Positions 46,322-55,490 of a stretch of DNA of 64,000 nt are shown here, in pieces; the stretch's first letter is position 1, and each line of letters begins with the position of its first letter. Source of the stretch: Dehalococcoidia bacterium. Its GTDB lineage: Bacteria; Chloroflexota; Dehalococcoidia; Lucifugimonadales; Australimonadaceae. The position numbers and the translations under genes were made by a program. The notes beneath the pieces are model-generated. The model saw nothing but the letters and a program-made list of their open reading frames with translations, was not told the origin of the DNA and ran no database searches. Where the stretch lies: positions 1,629,344 to 1,693,343 of the forward strand of contig OZ242348.1 in NCBI GenBank assembly GCA_965208625.1, in the 5' to 3' direction.

Positions 46322-46491
46322 GATTGTTGTTGCCTCAGGCTCAGGAAGCAGGCCACGGCCATGAAAATGCCTGTCAAGATCGGAACAAGAATGTCAAAAC
46401 AGCCTCCCCCGCCACTCGTAGAACGGGGGAACAAGGATCTCATCGCAGTGCCGGCTGACGCTCTTGTTCAGTCGGCGGAGAAGGGTGCGCG

Positions 46492-46938
46492 TCAGCCTTG
46501 GACGCGCTTCGTCAGGTTGCGGCCGAACTCCTGCATGATGCCGTCCGTCTTGCGCTTGATGATGCCCTGGCCGAACTCGCCAAGCTTGCCCATGATGTTG
46601 GCGTCCGAGCGCACGACGAGGTTGCTGCCGCCGTCGCCCGCGTCTTCGACCGCCATGTCGATCTTCACTCGGACGTTGCCGGGCACCTTGCGGTCCGCGC
46701 CTTCGCCGGTCATCGAGACGCGCATCGCGGAGTCGTCTCGGGAGTCCACCCACAGCTTGCCGACGAGCCCCAGCGCGACGGGCCCGACGCGCACCTTCAC
46801 CGTGCCGGTGTACGTTCCGTCCGCCTCCGCCACGTCCGCCGCACCGGGGATGCACATGCCGACGGCGGGGATGTCCGTCACGAACGCCCAGAGTTCGTCC
46901 GGTGACGTGTTGACCTTGTACGTGAAGTTGAATTCCAT
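46492..46938 (-). CDS. SRPBCC/CoxG-family protein
   Basis: 148 aa. 'MEFNFTYKVNTSPDELWAFVTDIPAVGMCIPG...GKLGEFGQGIIKRKTDGIMQEFGRNL'. Confidence 0.6.
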   Translation of the reverse strand: MEFNFTYKVNTSPDELWAFVTDIPAVGMCIPGAADVAEADGTYTGTVKVRVGPVALGLVGKLWVDSRDDSAMRVSMTGEGADRKVPGNVRVKIDMAVEDAGDGGSNLVVRSDANIMGKLGEFGQGIIKRKTDGIMQEFGRNLTKRVQG

Positions 46939-47205
46939 GCAACGCCTTTCAGGAAGAGAGTCGCCCCGCGCGTGTCCGCCCGTGGCGGGGGCGGGGATTC
47001 TCATGATAGCGCATGGTGTGCAATGTGCTCCCGCAGCACTTCACCCGCCGCGGACCGTCACTCCAGCGGCGGCTGGAATACAGGAGCGGGGCGTACGGGT
47101 ACACGGACGTTCTCCGAGAGATGCTTCGGCTCCGCTCAGCATGACAAACCACCCACACATCCCGCTCCCGGTCCGCTCCATGTGCTCGTGGTAGGCTGGC
47201 CTCCC

Positions 47206-48681
47206 ATGGGTGCTCGCAGGCTCTCGATCAGACTGCTCCCTCTCGCTGTTCTGGCGCTTCTCGTCATCAGCGCGCTGGGGGCAGTTGCGCCGTCTCCGAA
47301 CGCCGCGCTCCCCACGCTGGAGCTGGATCGCGTCTTCCCTGCCCTCACGTTCGAGCGGCCCGTGCTGCTCACGCACGCGGGCGATGGCTCCGGGCGCGTG
47401 TACGTCGTGGAGCAGCACGGCGTCATCCACCGGATAGACCCCGCGACGCCGGAGCAGACCGACGTGTTCCTCGACATCAGCCCGCGCGTGAGCCGTCGCG
47501 GGAACGAGGAAGGACTGCTGGGGTTGGCGTTCGACCCCGGTTTCGCGGAGAACGGACGCTTCTACGTCTACTACAGCGCTGCCTCACCGCGCCGGTCGGT
47601 ACTGTCGCGGTTCGAGACCGGCAGCGGCGGGCTGGGCGTCCCCGCTTCCGAGTCCGTGCTGCTGGAAGTGCCGCAGCCGTTCTCCAACCACAACGGCGGC
47701 ATGATCGAGTTCGGGCCGGATGGCATGCTCTACGTCGCGCTGGGCGACGGCGGCTCGGCGGGAGACCCGCGACGGCACGGGCAGGACCTCGGGACGCTGC
47801 TCGGGACCATCCTCCGCATCGACGTGACGCCGAAAGGAGTTGCTCCGTACGCCATACCCGCCGACAACCCGTTCGTCGGGCGGAGCGGCGCTCGCGGCGA
47901 GATATGGGCGTACGGGCTGCGCAACGCGTGGCGCTTCTCATTCGACCGCGAGACCGGTGACCTGTGGACAGGCGACGTTGGCCAGAACGCGCTGGAGGAG
48001 GTCGACGTCGTCCGGCGGGGCGGCAACTACGGCTGGAACGTGATGGAGGGCTCGCGCTGCTTCCGCTCCGCGTCGTGCAACGCGGACGACTTCGAACCAC
48101 CGATAGCCGAGTATGGCCGGGAGATGGGTTGCTCCATCACCGGCGGCTACGTCTACCGCGGGCAACGCCTGCCCGGCCTGCGGGGCGTTTACCTCTACGC
48201 AGACTTCTGCTCCGGGCGCATCTGGGGGCTGCGGTACGACGGCGAGCGCGTCACGGAGCAGGCGCAGTTGGCCCGCGCCGGGTTCCAGATACCGTCGTTC
48301 GGCGAGGACGAGGCGGGGGAGGTCTACGTGCTGGGCTTCGACGGCGGCATCTACCGGTTCGCCGGGCCGCCTGGTCAGGTTCCGCAGCCATCGCCGACGC
48401 ATACGCCGGCCGGCCGGGATGCGCCGTCGCCCGCGCCAACGCCTACATCGACGCCTGTTCCAGTCGCTCCTGGCACAGCCGCTCCCACTCCCCTGCCCAC
48501 CCCCACGAGCGAGCCCGCAGCGAAGCCGACACCGACGCCGGAGTCCGCTGGCGGAACGCACATGCCGTCGATGTCGTCGGGTGGAGCGGCGTGGACTCTC
48601 GCAATAGCGCTCGTCGTCGTGGCCGCGCTCGCGGGCGGAGTCGTCTACGCCGGGCAGCGGTACCGGAGGAGGAAGCGCTAA
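47206..48681 (+). CDS. PQQ-dependent sugar dehydrogenase (sorbosone/glucose dehydrogenase-like), C-terminally membrane-anchored
   Basis: 'NEEGLLGLAFDP', 'HNGGMIEFGPDGMLYVALGDGG', 'IWAYGLRNAWRFSFD', 'GGNYGWN'. Pro/Thr linker plus C-terminal TM helix. Confidence 0.8.
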   Translation: MGARRLSIRLLPLAVLALLVISALGAVAPSPNAALPTLELDRVFPALTFERPVLLTHAGDGSGRVYVVEQHGVIHRIDPATPEQTDVFLDISPRVSRRGNEEGLLGLAFDPGFAENGRFYVYYSAASPRRSVLSRFETGSGGLGVPASESVLLEVPQPFSNHNGGMIEFGPDGMLYVALGDGGSAGDPRRHGQDLGTLLGTILRIDVTPKGVAPYAIPADNPFVGRSGARGEIWAYGLRNAWRFSFDRETGDLWTGDVGQNALEEVDVVRRGGNYGWNVMEGSRCFRSASCNADDFEPPIAEYGREMGCSITGGYVYRGQRLPGLRGVYLYADFCSGRIWGLRYDGERVTEQAQLARAGFQIPSFGEDEAGEVYVLGFDGGIYRFAGPPGQVPQPSPTHTPAGRDAPSPAPTPTSTPVPVAPGTAAPTPLPTPTSEPAAKPTPTPESAGGTHMPSMSSGGAAWTLAIALVVVAALAGGVVYAGQRYRRRKR

Positions 48682-48717
48682 GGCTGTGAGGTCACTGCCT
48701 GCGCGGGACGACGGGGC

Positions 48718-49365
48718 TCAGCCTGCCGCGCCCCGCTTGAACATCTCCACCACCTCGTCTGCCGTGCGGACGCGCGTGAAGATGGGGAAGATGCGCTCCA
48801 TGAACATCTGGAGGTTGTCGTCGGGGCCGGAGCAGGCGTCGCTGACGACGACGATGTTGAAGTCGAGGTCGCGCGCCGAGTAGGCCGTGCTCGCGACGCC
48901 GATATGGATCGCGCCGCCGAACAGGACGATGGTGTCGATGCCCCGGGTACGCAGGCTCAGCTGCAGGTGCGTCTGGTGGAAGGAGCTCCACCGGTGCTTG
49001 GCGATCAGGTAGTCGTCCGGCGTCGGCGCCAGCTCGTCGATGACCTCGGACGTCCAGCTGCCGTGGTGGACGTTGCGGAACGCGGCCGTGAAGCCCTGCT
49101 CCGGGTCCGGCCAGGGTTCCAGCGCGTAGTTGGTGTCGGAGTAGATGAGCGCCGAGTCCATCCCGTCCGCGCGGTGGTCCGCCTTCGGGTAGAACGACGG
49201 GACGCCGAGCGCCGAAGCCACCTCCCGCACCTTCACGCAGTTCGCAACGATGGGTTCCATCCGGCGCTGGTTCTCCTCGCTGGAGCCCCGGAAATAGACG
49301 TTGAGCATGTCGAAGAACACGAGTCCGGTCTTCTTCGGGTCGAGGGCGTCGTATGCCATCTTCAT
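48718..49365 (-). CDS. Isochorismatase-family cysteine hydrolase
   Basis: 'GLVFFDMLN...KHRWSSFHQTHLQLSLRTRGIDTIVLFGGAIHIGVASTAYSARDLDFNIVVVSDAC'. Confidence 0.75.
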   Translation of the reverse strand: MKMAYDALDPKKTGLVFFDMLNVYFRGSSEENQRRMEPIVANCVKVREVASALGVPSFYPKADHRADGMDSALIYSDTNYALEPWPDPEQGFTAAFRNVHHGSWTSEVIDELAPTPDDYLIAKHRWSSFHQTHLQLSLRTRGIDTIVLFGGAIHIGVASTAYSARDLDFNIVVVSDACSGPDDNLQMFMERIFPIFTRVRTADEVVEMFKRGAAG

Positions 49366-49458
49366 CCTCCTCGGACAAGCGTAGGGGACGCGCCGTAGCC
49401 TATGGTCGGCCCGTTGCCGCGTCAAATGCGCCTTCAGCCGTGCGGCGCCCTGCGTGCC

Positions 49459-50556
49459 CTACCCTGCGAGCAGCTCGGTGGAAGCGAGGTCGGATATGGC
49501 GGCGTCGAAGCGCTCCAGCGAGTTGCGCAGGTAGAGCGCGGCGCGGTCCCCGGAGTAGTCGCAGTAGCCGCCTATGACTATCCAGAACACGACGACTTCC
49601 AGCATGGAGAGCCGGTAGTCGCGCAGGCACTCCTCGAACGAGTAACCGCTTACGCCGTTGTCCACGAGCGCAGCATGGTAGGTGCGGAGCAGTCCCATCT
49701 CGACGTTCCTCCGCTCCTGCGGCGCGTACGTGTCGCTGATGAGGGTGGCGACGTCGTTGACGCCCCGGCCTCGTACGCAGAACTCCCAATCGAAGACGAC
49801 CGGCCAGCGTGCTCCGGCGTCGGAGGGGAAGAAGCAGTTGTCGAGGCGGAGGTCTCCGTGAACGATCGTCCTGGGAGGCTGCGCGAGCATGGCCTTTATC
49901 TTCGGGATCTCTGCGATCAAGCGGTCGCCGAGCGAGCGCAATCCTTCAGGCATCGCGTCTCCGGCCTTCCCCAGGAACGACTGCCAGGCGCCCGCGTATA
50001 TCTCCTGGTAAGCGCCTGCCTCGGCATCCCGCAACGGCATCCAGTCCAGCCGGTCCAGGCGTGGGCTGTTCCACCACGAGGCATGGAACGCGCCCACCTG
50101 CGCCATGACGTGCTCAGCTTCAGCCCGGGAACAACCAGCCACGCTGTCGCCCTGGCGAGTGTCGCTCAGATCCTCGAGCAGCAGGACCGTGTGCCCGGCA
50201 ACCGCGTCTGTCCCGCAGAAGTACGGGTGAGGCGTCCGAAGGTGGCTGCTGGCCGCTATCTCCTTGTAGAACCTGGCCTCGCGGAGGTTCGGTTCCAGGC
50301 TGTCGTAGACCGTCCGTATCAGGGGGTCGGTGGAGGGCAGCTTTACCATGACGGTGCGCGGCGCGTCCGGGCGCTCGGTGTCGTATTCGAGGTGCAGGCG
50401 GAAGAGTTGGTTCATGAACCCCGTCTCATCGGCCACGGGCTCGGTCGAGTAGCCGGTCACGCGAGCGTCAGAGGCTGTTCCGGCGTCCTTCAGTACCTGC
50501 GTCAGCCAGAGCGGAGTGATCTCCTCGAGGTTTCTGGGGATGCTCGAGCCGGTCAT
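49459..50556 (-). CDS. Phosphotransferase (APH/choline-kinase-like) family protein
   Basis: 'TIVHGDLRLDNCFF...VVFDWEF' is the Brenner/APH catalytic motif. Confidence 0.75.
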   Translation of the reverse strand: MTGSSIPRNLEEITPLWLTQVLKDAGTASDARVTGYSTEPVADETGFMNQLFRLHLEYDTERPDAPRTVMVKLPSTDPLIRTVYDSLEPNLREARFYKEIAASSHLRTPHPYFCGTDAVAGHTVLLLEDLSDTRQGDSVAGCSRAEAEHVMAQVGAFHASWWNSPRLDRLDWMPLRDAEAGAYQEIYAGAWQSFLGKAGDAMPEGLRSLGDRLIAEIPKIKAMLAQPPRTIVHGDLRLDNCFFPSDAGARWPVVFDWEFCVRGRGVNDVATLISDTYAPQERRNVEMGLLRTYHAALVDNGVSGYSFEECLRDYRLSMLEVVVFWIVIGGYCDYSGDRAALYLRNSLERFDAAISDLASTELLAG

Positions 50557-51245
50557 GCCGCCTTGCGCGCGAACAGAACGCAGTGGTCCATCGGCTTGGG
50601 GTCGGTGAAGTACATGACGCCTCCAAGCTTCGCGCCTTCCTCCGGGATCAGGTCCAGTCCCATATTCGTCAACAGGGCGAGCACCTCGTCCGGGTCGTAG
50701 AGCTGGAAGGTCCTGTCCGACCCGTAGTCCTTGTCGTAGACCGTCGCCACTCCCCCTCCGACCTTGAACATGAGCTGGAGAACGCCGCCGCTCTTCAGGA
50801 GCCGGGCGAACTCCGGCAACGTCACTCCAAACGCGATGTCCGGGGCGATGTGCTGTATGACGGCGTTGCACAGGATGAAATCGAACGACGCATCCGGGTA
50901 GCCGAGGGGCTCGCGAAGGTCGGCGACCTCCACCCTGGCGGCGATCTCCGGATGCAGCCTGCGCGCTTCCGCGATGTTCTCTTCGATGGCGTCCACGCCG
51001 TGGATGTCGTACCCCTTCTGCCAGTAGAAGAAGGCATCGCGGGCGCCCGCGCCGCAGCCGGCGTCCAGCCCTCGCGACCCGGCGGGGACGAGCTCCTGCA
51101 GTCGGTCCATCAGGTCGGTGTCGCTCGTGAGCCCGGGATGGGAGACGTTGGTGTAGACGGACTGGATGAAGTTGTGGCTCACCTCAGCGTAACGCTGTGC
51201 GTGACGCGCATAGAAAGACGCGGAGTAGTCAGCATTCGCAGTCAT
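50553..51245 (-). CDS. Class I SAM-dependent methyltransferase
   Basis: 'GLDAGCGAGARD...FDFILCNAVIQHI'. Overlaps the downstream gene by 4 nt. Confidence 0.75.
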   Translation of the reverse strand: MTANADYSASFYARHAQRYAEVSHNFIQSVYTNVSHPGLTSDTDLMDRLQELVPAGSRGLDAGCGAGARDAFFYWQKGYDIHGVDAIEENIAEARRLHPEIAARVEVADLREPLGYPDASFDFILCNAVIQHIAPDIAFGVTLPEFARLLKSGGVLQLMFKVGGGVATVYDKDYGSDRTFQLYDPDEVLALLTNMGLDLIPEEGAKLGGVMYFTDPKPMDHCVLFARKAA

Positions 51246-51367
51246 CGTTGAGCACCACCTGATGAACCGTGGACGACAGGTTACCCCATCTCTTCCGCGG
51301 ATACGGTAGGCTGCGCCGAGAGCAAGGGGGGCGCGAGCCCTCGCGCAAGCATCAGAGGGAGGCTGCC

Positions 51368-52234
51368 ATGAGAACGACCACACGCCTGCGAGAGCTGCTC
51401 GCGTCGCCGGGCATCGTCCCTGCGCCAGGCGCTTACGATTGCCTCAGCGCCGCCGTGATCGAGCGCGCCGGGTTCCCGGTCGTCTACATGACCGGCGCGG
51501 GCACGTCGATATCGCGGACCGGCTACCCCGACATCGGCCTCACGACGATGAGCGAGATGGTCGCGAACGCCGCAGCCATCGCCCGCACGGTCAGCGTGCC
51601 CGTCATCGCGGACGCCGACACCGGCTACGGCGACGTGCTGCAGGTGCAACGCACGGTACGCGAGTACGAGCGGGCAGGCGTCGCGGGCATCCACATCGAG
51701 GACCAGGAGTCGCCCAAGCGCTGCGGGCACCTGGACGACAAGCGCGTCGTGCCGCAGGAGGAGATGGTGCGGAAGCTCCACGCGGCGCTCGACGCCCGCG
51801 AGGACGACGACTTCACGATCATCGCCCGCTGCGACGCGCTCGCCGTCACCGGCTGGGACGACGCGCTGCGCCGCTGCGAGGCGTACGTCGAGGCGGGCGC
51901 GGACGTGCTCTTCCTCGAGGCAATCCAGACGCGGGAGCAGGCGTTGGACGTGACCGGCAGATTCGACGTGCCGGTGCTCTACAACTTCGTCGAGACGGGA
52001 AAGTCCCCCCTGCTGCCCGTCGCCGAGTTGGAGGAGCTGGGGTTCAAGCTCGTGATATTCCCCATCAGCGCGATGCTCGCAGCGCTGAAGACGATGACCG
52101 ACCTCATGCGCGAGCTGCGCGACACCGGCACGACGGCGCACCTGGTCGCCGACCGCATGGTCAGCATCCAGGAGTGTTTCGACACGGTTGGGCTCACGGA
52201 CATGCTCGCGCTGGACGCTGAGTACGCGGGGTGA
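51368..52234 (+). CDS. Isocitrate lyase/PEP mutase superfamily enzyme (methylisocitrate-lyase-like)
   Basis: 'VIADADTGYG...AGIHIEDQESPKRCGHL...IIARCDA' carries the KRCGH motif. Confidence 0.8.
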   Translation: MRTTTRLRELLASPGIVPAPGAYDCLSAAVIERAGFPVVYMTGAGTSISRTGYPDIGLTTMSEMVANAAAIARTVSVPVIADADTGYGDVLQVQRTVREYERAGVAGIHIEDQESPKRCGHLDDKRVVPQEEMVRKLHAALDAREDDDFTIIARCDALAVTGWDDALRRCEAYVEAGADVLFLEAIQTREQALDVTGRFDVPVLYNFVETGKSPLLPVAELEELGFKLVIFPISAMLAALKTMTDLMRELRDTGTTAHLVADRMVSIQECFDTVGLTDMLALDAEYAG

Positions 52235-52237
52235 GCG

Positions 52238-52459
52238 TCACAACAGCCCGTTGAACTCCTCCACGCCTATCCCCGCCTGCCTGATGATGGCGCGCAGAGT
52301 GCCTCGGTCCAGTTCCTTGTGGTTGGGGACAACAAGTTGAGCGAAAGGGTCGTCTCGTCGCAGCACGATGTGGCTCCCGCGCTGCCGTCTGACTGAGAAC
52401 CCGATCCTGCCAAGTGCTCCGATGCACTCCTGCCCGGAGATCCTGGGCAATCCGCTCAT
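52238..52459 (-). CDS. hicA: HicA-family mRNA interferase toxin
   Basis: 'ISGQECIGALGRIGFSVRRQRGSHIVLRRDD...VVPNHKELDRGTLRAIIRQAGI'. Confidence 0.8.
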   Translation of the reverse strand: MSGLPRISGQECIGALGRIGFSVRRQRGSHIVLRRDDPFAQLVVPNHKELDRGTLRAIIRQAGIGVEEFNGLL

Positions 52460-52662
52460 ACGGCTACGACTAAAGCCTCGAATCGTTCTTCGGGAACCGG
52501 CAGGCCGTCTTCTTCGAGGGCAGCGACGTACTCCCGGATAGCTTCCCTGATGTTGGCGATGGCGGCGTCCCTGGATTCTCCCTGGCTGATACAGCCCGGC
52601 AGGCTGGGACATTCAACAACCCAGAATCCGTCCTCACCTGGATGGAGAACTACTTGCCGCAT
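52456..52662 (-). CDS. hicB: HicB-family antitoxin (UPF0150-type)
   Basis: 'GFWVVECPSLPGCISQGESRDAAIANIREAIREYV'. Overlaps hicA by 4 nt. Confidence 0.8.
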   Translation of the reverse strand: MRQVVLHPGEDGFWVVECPSLPGCISQGESRDAAIANIREAIREYVAALEEDGLPVPEERFEALVVAV

Positions 52663-52766
52663 CGCTTCACCCTTGCATGCGCTTCCGCAACCTCTTCAGA
52701 GAATAGCACCCCGCACCTCCTGCCGCATCCGCATACTCAACCGTTCGTGGCGAGCCGGACCGAGCG

Positions 52767-54428
52767 CTACCCTCGCTGCCTGATGTCTCGCCGCTGGAAC
52801 AGCACGAATGAGAGGCCGATGAGGACCGCAGTCAGCGCGAGCAGGACGACGGCATTCCCCCAGTCCATCCCGGTAGTGAGCGGGTCGCTCCCCAGGTAGT
52901 AGTGGAACGGCGACAACCACTCAATTGCCGATACGGCGCCCGTGATGTTTGCCAGGGAGGTCAGCAGGTGGAAGGCGAGCGCGGCCCCTGCCGCGCCGAA
53001 CACCGCGATTCCCGTGCGTCCGGTACCCGCGCTGATCGCCAGCGCGAGGGCGCCGAACACGAGACCCACCAGCACCTGGAGCGCGGAGGTCGCGGCTATG
53101 TTGCCCATGGACATCCCGAGACCGCCGAGCACCGACCCGAGGGCCACTCCGGCGAACGTCGCGATGCCGACGGCGATACCGAACAGCACCATCGTCACGG
53201 CCTTCTCCATCACGACCCGGGACCGTGGTATCGGGTTGGACAGCAGCAACGCCATGGTCCGGCGAGATTCCTCACCGGCGAGAGCTCCGGCGCCCATAAC
53301 GGCCGTGACGAGGATGACCGACAGGGGGGCCATCAAGCCGAACGTTTCCAATGTGTACCAACCCTCCGCCGTGCCCAGGTCTCCGCCTCCGAAGAGGGCG
53401 ATCAGTTCCTCCGGGAAGTTGTCGAACGCAGCCAGCGTCTCCTGCGGCAACGACGCATACATCGGGCCCAACATGACGCCCATGACCAGGAACATCGCAG
53501 CCGACGTGACGAGGAGCAGGGTCTGGTAGTCCGAGATGGTCTTGACCCATATCGACGAGACCCTGGCCGAGCCGGCAAGCCGGCCGATCATCCCGTTGAG
53601 GTGCGGGTTTCCCCGAACCCTGTCCAGCAACGAGGTGCCGACAGACTGGCTTCTCAGGTCGCGGCGGTTGAACCCGACCGCGGCCACGGCCAGAAGAGCT
53701 GCCGATGCGACAAGGAGCACTGCCAGGTGTCCCCATGCGATGCCGTTGTAGACCGGCTCGCTGCCTTCGAAGTAGTACCAGGGGAACGCTTTACGGAGTC
53801 CTTCCAGCCCCTGTACGAGGGGCAGGAGGCCCACCGCAAAGAAGGACAAGACCAGGATGCCGGACGTCGCGCCCGTCGCCGTGTCCCGGTTGCCGGTCGC
53901 GGCGCCGATGGCGAGGGCAAGCATCCCGTAGAAGACGGCGTTCACGTACAGGTGGAGCGCCAGGGCTTCCACGTTCAAGCCGCCGATCTCAACACTCAGC
54001 AGGGCGGCGATCGGGTGGACCGTGGTCCAGATGGCGGCCACGGCGAGGGCCGTGAGCAGGACGAGGGCCAGGGCTTTGGACAGCAGGACGTGCGTGCGGC
54101 TCCTGGGGTTTGCGAGCAGGACGTTCATCGTGCCGTTCCGCTCCTCGCCTGCGATCGCCGCGCTGCCCATGACGAGCGCCATAACGGCCACCACCACGGC
54201 GCCGAACGACCCGAAGACGTAGCCGATAGCCAGGCCCCCTACGTCAACATTCTCCCTGATGCCGAGCAACGAGCGGAACGCCTCGGGCATCTCGTTATAG
54301 ACGGCGAGGTCGATGTCCCTGTAGGCCGCCATCCCGAACAGGAGCAACAGCGTGAGGCTGGCTGCCGAGATCGCCCACCCGAGCCAGCGGTCCCGCGCCA
54401 CCTTGAGCGATATGCTGGATAACGCCAT
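52767..54428 (-). CDS. ABC-2-type transporter permease (duplicated, about 12 TM)
   Basis: 553-aa hydrophobic protein immediately downstream of the ATPase. Confidence 0.7.
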   Translation of the reverse strand: MALSSISLKVARDRWLGWAISAASLTLLLLFGMAAYRDIDLAVYNEMPEAFRSLLGIRENVDVGGLAIGYVFGSFGAVVVAVMALVMGSAAIAGEERNGTMNVLLANPRSRTHVLLSKALALVLLTALAVAAIWTTVHPIAALLSVEIGGLNVEALALHLYVNAVFYGMLALAIGAATGNRDTATGATSGILVLSFFAVGLLPLVQGLEGLRKAFPWYYFEGSEPVYNGIAWGHLAVLLVASAALLAVAAVGFNRRDLRSQSVGTSLLDRVRGNPHLNGMIGRLAGSARVSSIWVKTISDYQTLLLVTSAAMFLVMGVMLGPMYASLPQETLAAFDNFPEELIALFGGGDLGTAEGWYTLETFGLMAPLSVILVTAVMGAGALAGEESRRTMALLLSNPIPRSRVVMEKAVTMVLFGIAVGIATFAGVALGSVLGGLGMSMGNIAATSALQVLVGLVFGALALAISAGTGRTGIAVFGAAGAALAFHLLTSLANITGAVSAIEWLSPFHYYLGSDPLTTGMDWGNAVVLLALTAVLIGLSFVLFQRRDIRQRG

Positions 54429-55354
54429 TACCCTGCCTCCTCATCGGCGTGGTAGTACGTGAGGAATATCTCCTCGAGGTCCGTCTCGCTCGTCCTGATG
54501 TCATCCACGGAGTACCGGTCGGTTGCGGCCTTCAGAAGCTCGCCCATGTCGCCGTCGAAGGACATCTCGACGTGGACCCCGCTCGCGACAACGTTTCGCA
54601 CGCCTGCCACCGCCTCGAAGACCGAGGCGTCAGCCTCCGAGTCGAGCACGAACTCCACCCGGCGCATCGCCTTCGACCTCAGCTCCGCAACCGACTCCAC
54701 CGTGATGAGATAACCGTCCCGGATGATCCCGACGCGGTCTGCGACGCGCTGGACCTCTGAAAGCGTGTGGCTGGACAGGAAGACGGTGCACCCCTGAGCA
54801 GTCACCTCACGCACCATGTTCTGAAACTCCCGTTGGACCAGGGGATCGAGTCCGGATGTCGGCTCGTCCATGATCAGCAGGTCCGGCCGGTTCATGAATG
54901 CCTGGATGATCCCGACCTTCTGACGGTTGCCTGTCGACAGGTCGCCGACCTTACGAGAGAGGTCGGAGGCGAGTCGTTCGGCCAGCTCGTCGACGTGGGA
55001 CCAGTCGACGCCGCCGCGCATGTTCGCGAAGTACGTCAGGGTATCCCGGCCTGTGAGGTTCGGGTACAACGCGAGGTCTCCCGGGATGTAACCGATGTGC
55101 TTTCGGATCTCCACGGCATCCCGGTGCGTGTCCAGGCCGAGGATTGTTGCAGTCCCGGCAGTGGGCCTGATCTCATCCAGCAGCGTCCTGATCGTCGTGG
55201 TCTTTCCCGCCCCGTTCGGCCCGAGGAAACCGAAGACCTCGCCCTCCCTGACGTCCAGGTCCACGTCCTCCATACCACGGTTCTTGCCGTAGTACTTCGT
55301 CAGTCCACTCGTGTGGATGGCTGCTCTTGTCGCACCTTCGGCCGTCGTTGCCAT
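54428..55354 (-). CDS. ABC transporter ATP-binding protein (DrrA/ABC-2 type)
   Basis: 'GFLGPNGAGKTTT', 'LSTGNRQKV', 'LLIMDEPTSGLD'. Confidence 0.85.
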   Translation of the reverse strand: MATTAEGATRAAIHTSGLTKYYGKNRGMEDVDLDVREGEVFGFLGPNGAGKTTTIRTLLDEIRPTAGTATILGLDTHRDAVEIRKHIGYIPGDLALYPNLTGRDTLTYFANMRGGVDWSHVDELAERLASDLSRKVGDLSTGNRQKVGIIQAFMNRPDLLIMDEPTSGLDPLVQREFQNMVREVTAQGCTVFLSSHTLSEVQRVADRVGIIRDGYLITVESVAELRSKAMRRVEFVLDSEADASVFEAVAGVRNVVASGVHVEMSFDGDMGELLKAATDRYSVDDIRTSETDLEEIFLTYYHADEEAG

Positions 55355-55490
55355 GTGGTTGCCTCCTGCAGGTCACCGGTTCTGTCGACCAGATGCACCG
55401 TGATTATCATCGCCAGGATGATGGATTGACAGGCATACCCAGCCTCCTGCTCCCCTTGCAGCATGCCGAGGCTGGCGCGCCCGTCGAACC

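Larger units (their letters stand above)
15200..46330. mobile_element. Integrative conjugative element (T4SS + relaxase + large serine recombinase); boundaries approximate
   Basis: Contiguous conjugation, establishment and recombination genes (listed below). AT-richer non-coding stretches lie at about 15.2-15.45 kb and 46.32-46.49 kb. The recombinase is at the right edge. Confidence 0.65.

Noticed and set aside
48718-52234. Possible phosphonate (PEP mutase) biosynthetic cluster, suggested by a PEP-mutase-superfamily gene next to a methyltransferase and a kinase
   Set aside because: The enzyme carries the 'EDQ..PKRCGH' motif typical of isocitrate/methylisocitrate-lyase-type members rather than true PEP mutases. 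No phosphonopyruvate decarboxylase is present.
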